Assembly (NCBI RefSeq): GCF_001194135.2
Contig: NC_068986.1
Location: 41,509,402 to 41,552,958 of the forward strand
Direction: 5' to 3'
Length of the DNA stretch: 43,557 bases
DNA from: Octopus bimaculoides
Lineage: Eukaryota
Shown: positions 24,831 through 37,290 of the stretch, in pieces
Numbering within the stretch: position 1 is the stretch's first letter
Layout of the letters: every line of letters starts with the position of its first letter
The notes under the pieces: generated by a model
The model's input: the letters and a program-made list of their open reading frames with translations, nothing else
The model's database searches: none
What the model was told of the DNA's origin: nothing
Made by a program: the position numbers and the translations under genes

Positions 24831-25339
24831 ATTTTATTTTATATTCAACCATGCTTTTATTAGTTCCAGCTGAAGGGTTGTGGCTACTCTGCAGCACCGC
24901 TCATAAAATTGACAGTTTTACACGAACCAATTTTTGGTGAATGAGTGATTTTGATGTGTTGCCCTCAGTTGTTTTTCTTGCTGTGATGTCAGTGTGATTG
25001 GGCCAGCAGATAGTTGAGTATTGAGCTGTTTCTTAAATACATTTACATCTACTCCATGTAGATTTCTCACTATCTTTGGCAAAATATTTAAAAGCTAATA
25101 TTGTGAACCCTAAGTTATTGCAGTGTATGGTTCTGTCATGGGGAAGATGGGACCTTCAGGACTATGCTGTATTGACCACTACAAGGACTGGCATAGACCT
25201 CAACATCAAAGTTTAGTGTTAGCCTTTGAAGAAGCTTCCACGTATAGATTATTGCATATCCTACTCATCTACTCTCCAGAGAGTAGTGTTTTAACACTTT
25301 CAACCTTCTAGTCATTACTCATAAAAAAAACAGCAAAAA

Positions 25340-25440
25340 AACAACAACGCGAGGACGTGATACAGATTTTGTGTTACTGGACGCTCAGGAAAGGAAAGAA
25401 AGAGAATTTGATGTTCCAGGCGAAGCCCTTCGTCGGAAAT
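25340..25440 (-). mobile_element. Penelope-like terminal (pLTR) fragment with decayed hammerhead motif
   Basis: Minus strand CCGACGA-AGGGCTTCGCCT-GGAACATC resembles CUGAnGA-stemII-GAAAC after CpG decay. Confidence 0.5.
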
Positions 25441-25625
25441 CATCATCATCGTTTAACGTCCGCTTTCCATGCTAGCATAGGTTGGACGATTTGACTGAGG
25501 ACTGGTGAAATCGGATGACTACACCAGGCTCCAATCTGATTTGGCAGAGTTTCTACAACTGGATGCCCTTCCTAACGCCAACCACTCTGAGAGTGTAGTG
25601 GGTGCTTTTACGTGCCACCCGCACG
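25441..25625 (-). mobile_element. RTE-type 3' tail/SINE
   Basis: CATCATCATCGTTTAACGTCCGCTTTCCATGCTAGCAT...CTGGATGCCCTTCCTAACGCCAACC, the reverse of the (GAT)n-ending tail. Confidence 0.75.
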
Positions 25626-25769
25626 AGACACACACACACGTTGTATACAGCCATCACAGCCTGAATCAAATCTTACTTAGTGTTAGTGCTGTCCTAGGTG
25701 GTTTGGACTACATTATGTTGTCTCGCAAACTTCAGTTTTGGTTTGGTTTTGATGGCTGAACAGAAATGC

Positions 25770-26170
25770 TATGGCTCTCTCCATGACCTTCATAACCAGA
25801 TCCAGTAGTTTGATCCTCTGTAGATTCTTCTCTGTAGGGCATCTCCTAAGCCTTTCTAGCAGTTTATGATGATACTGCCATGCCAGTCACTGAGTTTCAC
25901 ATCTTCCCCAATTACATGATTAACTATCAATGTGATAATCACATATCCTATCACACCATATATTTTGAGCATCTCTGCATTTATCTCTGATGGATACACA
26001 ACTTTCCTTTATATCCTTAACTGCTTTATCTACCATGCTGCTCTCAACTTGAATTGCAGGTCCTTCTGAAGGGCCAGCATGAAGTAGCTCCTCTTTATCT
26101 CACGCATTCTCTACATCTTCCCATTATAGCACTTCTATGCCAATTTCTTGTCTTCCATATTAAGGGTAAA
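25770..26170 (-). mobile_element. RTE LINE fragment (start of RT domain)
   Basis: Remnant KG.GDALQRRIYRG / IKLLDLVMKVMERAI. Confidence 0.65.
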
Positions 26171-26810
26171 CCTAACTTCATGACCTTTTCGTTGTCTCAG
26201 TGTCTAGCAAAACATATCCATTTATCCATATGATATATGTGTGTGTATATGCATGTATGTATGTATGTATGTATATATATATATGTATGTATGTGTGTGT
26301 GTGTATGTATATGTGCATGAATTCATATTTCACTTGTATTTGTTGGTTTGTAAACCAGTCCATCATGAAAGCATGTCCAAGCTGCTTGATGTCTTGTTAT
26401 GCTATTTTTGGAAGCAAAAGGCTCATTCATATGATGTTTGATTCCATTTCTCAGCATAAAACAGGTCCAGGTTGTTTGTTTTCTGATAGACAGAGAATAT
26501 TACCTTACACGGAGATAAGGAGTCTGGCGACAGGAAGAGCATCCAGCTGTTAAAAAACTCAGCTCCAACATACTTGCATCACATACATACAATCACAGGA
26601 AAGGAGATATTAAAGTGATAGTGATGGTGGTGCTGGTGTGTGTGCATGTGTATATGCTTGAGGATTTGTATGGTCAAAAAGTTCATTGCTCAACAATGTG
26701 GTTTTGGGTTCAGTCCCATTGCACAGTACCTTGAGCAAGTGTCTACAATAGCCTCATTTTGACACTGTGACTGAATCTGGTAGATGGAAACTACGGGGAA
26801 CTTTATCTTA

Positions 26811-26970
26811 TGTATATATGTGTGGCTGTCTATGTATATATGTGTGCGGATGTCCATGTATATATGTGTGCGGATGTCCATGCATATATGTGTGCAGTTG
26901 TCTATGTATGTATGTGTGCGGTTGTCTATGTATATATGTGTGCAGATGTCTATGTATGTGTGTGGATATC
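26811..26970. repeat. 24-bp minisatellite (~6-7 copies) inside a reversed SINE (26650-27035)
   Basis: Unit TGTCTATGTATATATGTGTGCGGA; explains the 8-aa periodic ORFs in the track. Confidence 0.85.
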
Positions 26971-28379
26971 TATCAACAACTTGTTAATTGGGAATGCTAG
27001 CATGGAAAGCAGACGTTAAACGATGATGATGATGATCCTTCAAAGTCCATTACACACACACACACGCTTTATATATATATATATATATNNNNNNNNNNNN
27101 NNNNNNNNNNNNNNNNNNNNNNNNNNNNNNNNNNNNNNNNNNNNNNNNNNNNNNNNNNNNNNNNNNNNNNNNNNNNNNNNNNNNNNNNNNNNNNNNNNNN
27201 NNNNNNNNNNNNNNNNNNNNNNNNNNNNNNNNNNNNNNNNNNNNNNNNNNNNNNNNNNNNNNNNNNNNNNNNNNNNNNNNNNNNNNNNNNNNNNNNNNNN
27301 NNNNNNNNNNNNNNNNNNNNNNNNNNNNNNNNNNNNNNNNNNNNNNNNNNNNNNNNNNNNNNNNNNNNNNNNNNNNNNNNNNNNNNNNNNNNNNNNNNNN
27401 NNNNNNNNNNNNNNNNNNNNNNNNNNNNNNNNNTGTGACACCAGCCCAAGTGAGTTTACAAGAAACTTGCAAGACAAGACCTCTTGATAGAGTGGGGAGG
27501 TAGAATTGAAGGAATTGGCTTTTTATTTGGTGTTGAGAAGCAAAAACATGATAGGGCAGGAATAGCTGTGATACATAGCTACCCCAGCAGGCAAAGGAGA
27601 AAGGATGGTGGAAATGAGACATCAGGGCACACGCTCAGAGTACAAGAAGTGGATAAGAGAGACAGAGAATTGAGAAATGTTGTGTGATTATGTAGGTTCA
27701 TGAGAATACGAAAGGAGAATGACAGATGGTAGAGAAAAGGACAAAAGTGAAGGCAGTGAATATGGATGGAAGTATGGACAATTATGAATCTCAGTTTGGA
27801 GGAAATGTACAGAAAATATGAATGGATCAAAGAGGAGGAAGTAATATATAAAAGTGAGTTGGAGAACAACAGTTCAATAAAACCTGTAGATAGATAAGAA
27901 ATAGGGAGAAGAGAAGTGTGATCAGGAGAAAAGAGGCAGAGTGACCGAAATGAAGATCAGTGGATCAGGATGGATATCAGGGGTTACAATAAAAAAAAAA
28001 AGGATAGGGGTGGTTATGACCAACACAAAAGTGTATTCAGGGAAAAGGAGCATTCACTGTAAATATAATGGCAAGTGGTTGTGCTGGGAGACAAAGATGA
28101 ATGGCAGGGGAAGTAGTTTCAAGAATTACTGGTAGCACAGAAGAGGGTGAGATTTATGTTGTAGCTCTGTTCTCACACAACCACAGCAGCTGAGGAAATA
28201 GTGCCAGAATTAGAGAGGTGAAGGAGGGATTGGTGTTACAAAGAGGAGTTGCTGAGAAGGGTTGACAAATACAAATAGGCTGAGGGGGCTAAGACAGATT
28301 ATATGCTTTTAGGACCTCAGTTTTTGCTGAGATAGGTAGGTTTGCTCAAGCATCAGCAGATCACTATTCATCACAGTCC

Positions 28380-29640
28380 TTTGTCATTCTTTATACAGCT
28401 ATCCTCATCCATCAGATGACCAAATCAGTGCAGTCTTTTCTTTTGCATACTACATCTGATGCCCCTAATGTTCAATTTTACTCTTACCCCCATTCACAAG
28501 TTGTTGTACATGCACTCTGACTGCACACTCAACAGAGCATACTAGCTTCATTCCTTTTCGTTTCTTTGAAGTCTTCACATGTCCTCTGCATTCATGGCCC
28601 ACATTTCACTACCATGTAACACTGCTGTTCATACAAGCATCATACAATCTGCCTTTCACTCAGAGAAAGGCCTTTTGTAACCAATAGAGATAATAGCTCT
28701 GAACTTTCTCCAGCTAGTTTGTATTCTAGCAATTAGGTCACCTATGTAACAGAAACTGTCTACTATTTCCAAAGATTATCCTGAGCATTTCAGAAAATCT
28801 ATTTCCTGTGCATTCTTAGTGTTTATTGGTCCTGCACATTTGCCACAAAGTCTACTTTCAGTGTTAATCTTTCAGTGATTGCACTGTATCTCTTAAGTGC
28901 CCATAGTTTGCATGGGATAAACATTGAGGAATTATTACCAACACCTTTTCTACATATCGTACAGGGCCATTTGTCCAAAGGTATTGGTGTAGTGTTTGTT
29001 TTCCTGCTTACTAAAATGTTGGTTATTGCTAAGCTAATTTTAGGGCAATTTCATTCCAGGTTTTGCTTCCACACTTGAAATTTCTTACCTAATACTTCTA
29101 TAGATTCAGTTATAAGAACATGGTCATCCATTTACAGGAGCTCCCAAGGGCAACTGGCCATAAACTCTTCTTTTATGGCGTGGAGGTTTATGATAATACG
29201 AGGGAACTGAGACCCAAGCCATGGCAAACTCTTATTTGCACATTAAATTTGATACTGTATTCCTTAACTCACATCTGACAGCAACCTTGTACTTGACTTG
29301 GATGACTCTTACCAGCCATTCATCTATTCCAGGCTTCCACAGCAACCACCAGATTAGAATGTGATGAACCCTGTAAAAGGCTTTCTCTGGGTCAACAAAA
29401 GCTAAGTACAGCAGATTGCTTTCGGCTAAATACTTCTGTAGTTACCTAACAAGGAAGGACATCGATAGTACTTCCTGGCACAAACCCAAATTGCATCTCA
29501 TCTAGGCTAATTCTCTTCCTAATTAGTTGAGTTATAACTCTGTAACTTTTAAGACTTGGTCTAATAATTTGTTACCTTTCTAAAGCTTCTACTTAACCCT
29601 TGTTACAAATGACTATAATGCTGCCATACCTGTTGTTGAG
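28380..29640 (-). mobile_element. RTE LINE reverse-transcriptase pseudogene fragment
   Basis: Frameshifted remnants: KLLDQVLKVTEL, RKRISLDEMQFGFVPG, FCYIGDLI, SWRKFR, KGRLYDAC, WAMNAED. Confidence 0.85.
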
Positions 29641-30099
29641 TATATTACTTTACTGTACAACCTGAATAACTATATGAGTGATTAGGCCATATCCCGCCCT
29701 GCCAGATATTTCTAGCATAATATCTTGATTTTCTCAGATACATTGTCTTGCAATGTGGATCACCTGCTACATCTGGTTCTCAGGCTGCAGAATATTGGTA
29801 AACCTCTTCCTTTTGGAGTCTTCCCTTGCTAAGTACACCAGTATAGTCTCACTTCCAATCCTGTCTCTTTGCTTTTATAACCTGTAACTTCACTGTTCCA
29901 CAACAATCTCATACTTAGTTTAGCTGGAACTAGTCACAGATTTGGTCTGTACTACTCAGTAGGCTGTCTTATAAGAACTTTTAATTTTCTTCTTATAACA
30001 CATTTTAGTTTGGGCTTCTCTTAATTTCCGACTGTTCAATAGATTTATAAGCTTCCATATCATCCTTTATCAGACTGGCTTCTGTTTCTGAGTCTTTCT

Positions 30100-30560
30100 A
30101 GTTTATACATATATATAATTTGTTTGTTGTAGTCAATATTTTTGGACCTTTAGGTTTCACATACCACAAGCCACATTTTAATTTTTTGCTGTGTGTATTC
30201 CTTGTGTGTTTACTTTGACACCATAGTATGGCTTCATCTATTTTTGTGAGTAATTTTAAAGAATGTGTAAGTCCTATCTTCTTGGACACTTGTATCTAAG
30301 TGCTTTAAGATAGCTTGTTGTAAGTTCATGGTGAGTCTATGAGAGATTGGTGTATAAGTATGTCCAATATAACAACTTGTGTCCTCTAGTTTACAACTTG
30401 CAGTTTTATAACGAAATTGATAGATTACATTTGTCATTTGTAACTTCTACACAAATTTACATTCTTGTAGAGGGTCACTGAAAGGGAGACATTTGGTTCT
30501 TTTCTTGAATACTACTGGTTTAAAATTAAGCTTGAGTGTTATGCATTCTGTGTTACAAAG
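30100..30560 (-). mobile_element. Penelope-like element, GIY-YIG endonuclease remnant
   Basis: ORF 30234-30437 NVIYQFRYKTASCKLEDTSCYIGHTYTPISHRLT..LQQAILKH shows VIY...YIG.T...RL; 30098-30289 continues LKLLTKIDEAI. Confidence 0.75.
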
Positions 30561-31779
30561 GTTTTCATTATGTATTTGTCTATTTGATAGAATCTATGCA
30601 AATATATACACACATGACAGTGTTTGAGAGAGAATCATGATATCAGGAGAGAAATGTGTCTGCATGGATGACGGCTCACTTGCAATTAANNNNNNNNNNN
30701 NNNNNNNNNNNNNNNNNNNNNNNNNNNNNNNNNNNNNNNNNNNNNNNNNNNNNNNNNNNNNNNNNNNNNNNNNNNNNNNNNNNNNNNNNATATACACACA
30801 CACACACACACACACATAAACATAAACACATATATACACAGGCATATCTATATACACACATACCTATATACATACACATATATATATATATATATATATA
30901 TACACACGCACACACACATATATACATGTACACACACACACACATAAATATTGTTGCTAATACACATAATTGTCCCAAGTCCAACTCGTTGCTTTTTCAG
31001 AAAAGGAAAAAATAGTTTCACCATTCCATAGCAAAACTGTTGCACTACACTTAGACAATTTCTTTAATATCTTGTCATTTGAAGCTGCTGGTGAGATGTA
31101 AGTTTGAGCAGAAGAACCAGATATTGGAAGTAAAAATAAAAATTGAAAAAAAAAACAAACAAAAAAAAACGTATTTGTCCAAATTTGGACGTATGTCAGT
31201 TTAACATAAGAATGATATATATATATATATATATTTAAAATTTCCCCTCAGGCATACAGTGACCAATAACCTGGTGATGCACTGAATATATGTATGGCCC
31301 AGAACAGAATGTTAGAGGAGTATAGAGTGGTAATAGGAACAAAGAGATGACACTTGAAAAAAACAAAGGTTACGTAATGAATATCATTTGCTTACAGCTG
31401 ACTCTGCTATAAGATGTGGTCGACTGTTATGAAGCTACATCCTATAGCTTCATCAGAGCCTTGAATATGAAGTGCACTTTATTTGGGAACATTACATTTT
31501 TAGAACATACAGGCGTTAAGAATGGGAAAGTTAACGTTGAAGCCTATGGAAAGATCTGTCCAAATGTAGAAAAAAGTATGCAAATATGAAGTGCACTTCA
31601 TATTTGCATACATTTCTGGTGTCATCTTTTTGTTTGTATACATGTCTTTTTTTTGTGTGTGTGTATATGAACCATCAGTGGATCATATTTCCCAAAAAGC
31701 ACACTCTAAAAGTTAGAGCAGTAATGTATTTACGTGAATTCAAATAAATGTCGGTTTAGAGCTATACACATTCTCTTAT

Positions 31780-32146
31780 TCTTCTGCTTGTTTGTCGTTT
31801 GACTGTGGCCATGCTGCATTACCACATCATACGGTTTTAGTCGAGGAAATGAACCCCAGGACTTATTCTTTTTAAGCCTAATATTTATTCTATTGGTCTC
31901 TCTTATTACCGAATCGCTAAGGGGACATAAACACACCAGCATCAGTTGTCAAGCAATAGCATGGGAACACACACACACACACATATATATATACGACAGG
32001 CTTCTTTCAGTTTCTGTCTACCAAATCCACTCACAAGGCTTTGGTCAGCCCGAGGCTCTATAAGACACTTTCCCAAGTTGCCATGCAGTGGGACTTAACC
32101 CAGAACCAAGTGGTTGGGAAGAAGATTCTTACGACACAGCCATGCC
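31780..32146 (+). mobile_element. SINE, near full length, relatively young
   Basis: TTTGACTGTGGCCATGCTG...AACCCCAGGACTTATTC...(CA)n...CTTACGACACAGCCATGCC; multiple related copies in the window. Confidence 0.8.
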
Positions 32147-32200
32147 TGCGCCTATATAGATACATATATAAATACATATGTACACATATACGGCCATATA

Positions 32201-32246
<46 letters not shown>

Positions 32247-32427
32247 GATATGTACACAGCCATATATGTGTACAAATACATATGCAATAAACATGTAAAT
32301 ATATATACATATATGTATATACATGGTGAGTCACAAGTCACACGGGTTTGGAATTTTAATAAATTTGGTTTAATTACATTTATTAATTTGTTACTTATAA
32401 GGTAATTTTTCACAATACACATTTTCA

Positions 32428-32458
<31 letters not shown>

Positions 32459-32645
32459 CCACAACTTTAGCCTCCACTACTGAAAGTTTGCATGCATGAA
32501 ATAGGATTCGTTCGCATAGGTTTTCCTGCTCTGTCTTATGAAGTAAACCGATATTTCCCCTTGGCCAGATATGTTTACATGAAAACTGCAAAATGCAAGA
32601 CATCACTTGTAAGATGGTAACAATGAGGTAATATCNNNNNNNNNN

Positions 32646-32696
<51 letters not shown>

Positions 32697-32832
32697 TATA
32701 TAAACTGAGAGAGAGAGAGACACACACACACATACCTGAATTGAAACCTGCCTGTTTCATTAGAAATGTAGTTTTTAAAGAGGAAAGACTTTAAAAAAAT
32801 GGCAGTCCTGCAATTGAAGACATTGTTGCCGT

Positions 32833-33049
32833 TTGCCATGTCATTAGGTGACATACTGGCCTTGTACCTTCTAAGATGTGTGGAATATGAAATTCCTAAC
32901 TGGAAAAGCACGTTGGGTATGCAAAAATTAAGCATCTTTGGAGATGCGAGGCCAGCAGATGACCTATTGACAGTTGCCATGTCATTAGGTCGTCTGCTGG
33001 CCTTGTACCTTCAAAGACATGTGGAATATGAAATCATTTACTGGAAAAA
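32833..33049. repeat. Direct-inverted-direct repeat; 38-bp hairpin at 32935-33017
   Basis: ~77-bp direct copies at 32833-32909 and 32974-33049 flank an inverted partial copy at 32933-32972. Confidence 0.85.
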
Positions 33050-33409
33050 CTATTGGATTTCCAAAAGGATGGGCACCTTGCTGTACAGCATTGCCTTTAA
33101 TAATAGTTAAATTAGCCTGCTGGCATCACAAAAATAATGTAAATACGAAAGATAAAGACACTCATACAAATGTGTGTGTGTGTATATATGCTTAACCACA
33201 CAAATTCACATGTATCTAAATGTGCAAATAAATTTATTTTTCAATAAGTATTTAAATCAATTTGTTTCTGTAAACACGAATTTATACTCACACACACAAA
33301 ATAACACGCGTATACGTATATGAGTGTGCATATATCTGTATACAAATTTCTGTCTATACCTACATAAATTCGTACATAAACTTTATGCATACAAACACAG
33401 CAATATGCG

Positions 33410-33493
33410 CGTGTGTATATATATCGACTAATGCCTTGTGAGTGAAGTTGGTGAACACGACTGTGTATATAGGAAGCTCGTCGCGTGCCTATA

Positions 33494-33540
<47 letters not shown>

Positions 33541-33790
33541 ATCGAAGTTTTATGCCGTCCCACTCACACACGTACAGGAGGAGTTAAATAAGCTAAATTT
33601 GTGTTTGTTCCCACCCTTAACAATTTGACAACTGGTGTTAGTTTGCTAGCGGTTCGACAAAAAGGATTGATTGTAGAATATGGACCAGGTTAAAAAACCA
33701 GAAGTTCCGGGGTCTATTTGTTCGACTAAATCTTTCAAGGCGGTGCCCCACATGGCCGCAGTTGAATGACCGAAACAACTAAAATATACA
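33410..33790 (-). mobile_element. SINE (same family as 31780-32146, reversed)
   Basis: TTTGACAACTGGTGTTAG...GCGGTTCGACAAAAGG...GGCGGTGCCCCACATGGCCGCAGTTGAATGACCGAAAC. Confidence 0.75.
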
Positions 33791-34293
33791 CTCACGCATA
33801 CACTATCTATATACGCAAAAAATAAAGTTATATGACTACTCACACTTTATATTTAAATATATTTAAATATATATATATATATATACAGTCTCTCTCCTTC
33901 TCTCTCTCTATATATATATAGAGAGAGAGGTTTACATAGATGAAGATATATATACATATGACAAATTCATAAATATTCTCATATACGCACAAATTCATAC
34001 ATATATACCATAATTATATATGAATATAAATTTATAAAATACATATATAACAAATTCATATAAATATATACATACATAAATTTTATATAAATATATAAGC
34101 ATGTCACACAAATGTATTTTCATACGCGCAGAAGTACAGACCCACACAAACTTACATCACAAATTTGTATAGACATACGTGTACCAAATTTTATATATAT
34201 AGAAATATATATATATATATACATGCAATCACCTATTTGTAGCTTAAAATATAAATACACATACATAAAGTGTTTATATATATGCGTGCGTGC

Positions 34294-34330
<37 letters not shown>

Positions 34331-34907
34331 GAAATATAAATATATTCATATTCAGTCCATTTACGAAAGGAGGTTATCTAACACCTAGAGAGATATATGC
34401 AAAAATCATCACCCAACTAGAGATTATAAGAAAATAGGATCTGATGTCTTTATTTTGCTTATACAGACATCGTAAAAGAATTCTTTTAATTTAGGGTGGT
34501 GATGGATTAATAATTCAGTTTTAATATCTAAAATAAACAAAAAAAATCACAACCACCGCCAATAAATCTTCTCTTTTTAGAACTACTAATAATAATCATT
34601 CTAATAATACTAATAGTAATTAGACCTGTCCTACTTGGAGAGTATGGTACTAGGGGAAGGGGGTTTGGTTGTGGCTGGTGTTAAAAACGATCGCCGTTTT
34701 TCCTTCTGCTGAAGTACCGACAAGTGATGATGACATTTGAGTCAACAGCTTGTGATGGCCATTTTTATGAAAAGCTTCTCTTTCCTCTCTCTCAAACATC
34801 AGGTCAGAACGAAATCAACGTAACAATGGGCCGGATACTAATTTTACAGACGTTATTTAGTTTTGATATACTATCAAAATACACACTTACACACGCATAT
34901 AAATACA

Positions 34908-34955
<48 letters not shown>

Positions 34956-35227
34956 TATATAAATATATATTATATACGGACCCAACTGTCTGTAATGTAA
35001 TCTTGCGTGGTATGTGTGTGTGTGCACATATATATATTATTATATGTATTTATTTTCTCTAAGTTAATAATTAACTCGGACAAAATAAATTGGTTAATAG
35101 ATACCAGGGTAACAAAGATCACAAAATGACTGTGGTGTAACTCCTGTTTATGAGGTAGAAACTCCTTGTTATTTTGGGTACTTGAGTAAATATATATAAA
35201 TTTAGTAAATGGAGTAAAACGCATTTG

Positions 35228-35268
<41 letters not shown>

Positions 35269-35343
35269 ATACGTGTATAGTGGGAGATAAAAACCAAGCT
35301 TCCATTTTCCTAAATATCAAATATATCGTTAAANNNNNNNNNN

Positions 35344-35383
<40 letters not shown>

Positions 35384-36035
35384 ATACGTGTATAGTGGGA
35401 GATAAAAACCAAGCTTCCATTTTCCTAAATATCAAATATATCGTTAAAAAAAAAAAATGAAATAAAATAGGAGAAAAAAATCTTCCGACATGAAATAGAC
35501 ATTTTAGAAAGAAACAAACGATGGAATTACAACAGAGCAAAAGGGGTAAATGTAAATATCACACTAAGTTCAAAAGAAATTTCTTATAATGAATATTATA
35601 ATACATATTACATACACACAGACATATATATATGTATATATATTTATATAAATATATATATATATTTATATAAAGGCGTACAAACAACAACAGGTGAAAC
35701 GGAAGCAATAAACAAGTTGCATAAAATTCAGTCGGACAATATCTTCTTGTTGAAATTAGAAAATATAGGATAGCAGAGATATATAAAATATAAAATTTGA
35801 ATAGTATAAAATAAAATAAATTGGTCTTTAAAACGAAAATAAAAGGAGAAAAGGGCCCCCTCGATGATACTATTTGTTCACCATGCAGATATAAATTAAA
35901 TGGAGGAAGTATTTATCTATTATATACATACATACAGACAGATTCATATATTTATCTATATATATATTAGCATTATATCTTATATTGTAGTAGTTTTATA
36001 GAAAAAATATAAGTAAATCTCAATTTTACCTTTAC

Positions 36036-36048
36036 CTTGATTCGACAT
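36036..36048 (-). CDS. Candidate start-codon exon (coding part ATG TCG AAT CAA G; exon probably 36036-36176)
   Basis: ATG at 36048-36046, donor AAG|GTAAAG, phase 1 compatible with exon 2385-2501 (MSNQ-G-NKSPYP). Upstream acceptor TAGCTTTTCAG at 36177. Lies in a CpG-retaining region. The link across 33.5 kb is inferred. Confidence 0.55.
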
Positions 36049-36349
36049 GACGTCTTAGTTAATATAAATCGTTGCCAAAAAATGAAATTTCTGCTGTGGA
36101 TGTGTTGATACGGTCAGTGGGATAACTAGTATTATTGGTGACTTGTATGTATATAACGTCGTCGTAGGAATAATTTCTGAAAAGCTAACTAGGTTGCTGG
36201 TGGTAGTGTGATATTGGTTGGTGGCGGTTAGAGTAGTCTATTACTATTGTAGTAGCAGAGATTGGGAGTGTTGCGTGTATCTGAGTGTTTCAGCGCATTG
36301 ACGTGTGAGTCTATGTAAATATACACATACATACACACAATAGTGTATA

Positions 36350-36388
<39 letters not shown>

Positions 36389-37229
36389 AAATTATGTAAA
36401 CGGGAGATAACTCTTGTAAATAGGCCTAGAACTCTCTATTAGAGTCTAGTTTATTTATTTATCCCCCCCACCCCCCGATTCTCCTTCCAAATCAATTCAT
36501 CATCGCAAGTTCTCGTGACTGTCTAAAGGGACATAAATCGTGAGAAAGTGCTTGGTGTCGGACCAAATATCCGGCAAGCTTGGGACCAAAATTGTCCCGG
36601 ATTTCTGGATAGAGTCTATATAAATACTTAAAATATAAAATAAATTTGATAAAGAACTAAATTATATTTTAAGATACATTTCAATACACTTCTAAAGCAA
36701 GGTGTTTAATATTTATTAATCCATTTAAAATTCTCAGAATATATCATATTCTATGACACGATGTTTGAGATGAAAATAATAAGGGAAAGGGCATGATTTT
36801 ATTTAACAAATTAAAACACTTCTAAAGCAGAGTATGTTTAATCGTTATCATTCTACTTTAAAAAGTAAAGAACAAAGCTAATTTTTAAAAAAACGTATGT
36901 AAATTAATCAACTTCGAAAACAAGGTCTGTTTGTTCAATCCAGGGTCCAAACTGTATTCTACAATATTGCATTGTATTTCCGGAATTCTGGAAATTCCGG
37001 ATAAGAGGTCAGGTACTGTATTTTATTAACGTTTATTTTTAGTTGCTTTCTTTCACTGCAACTGCGAAGAAATTTTATAGAAATATATTGGCAGACTAAT
37101 ATATATATATATATATATATAAATATATATATATATCTAATATAGGTATAATTTTTTATTACGTGTGTAAAGACGGAGGAACGAGAGTTTACAAGAACGT
37201 TATCTCAATTCTTTTTAACCTCTTGCAGT

Positions 37230-37290
37230 TTTAACCGGAACTTACATGAGCGCCATCTATAATAGAATTAGCGGAAACAAGGGCGATAAT
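37230..37290 (-). promoter_or_regulatory. Core-promoter-like cluster and short first exon of the minus-strand gene
   Basis: ETS-like CCGGAACT (37235-37242), YY1-type GCGCCATCT (AGATGGCG on minus) and donor CAT|GTAAGT at 37246/37245. Confidence 0.5.

Noticed and set aside
25123-25311. 62-aa plus-strand ORF after TTGCAG
   Set aside because: No homology recognised and weak donor; sits among TE debris.
32840-32860. SECIS-like ATGA...AAA on the minus strand
   Set aside because: No matching 3' GA quartet and no selenoprotein context.
35230-35447. Identical ~100-bp direct repeat
   Set aside because: The copies flank a 10-N gap and begin in (TA)n; most likely a contig-overlap artefact.
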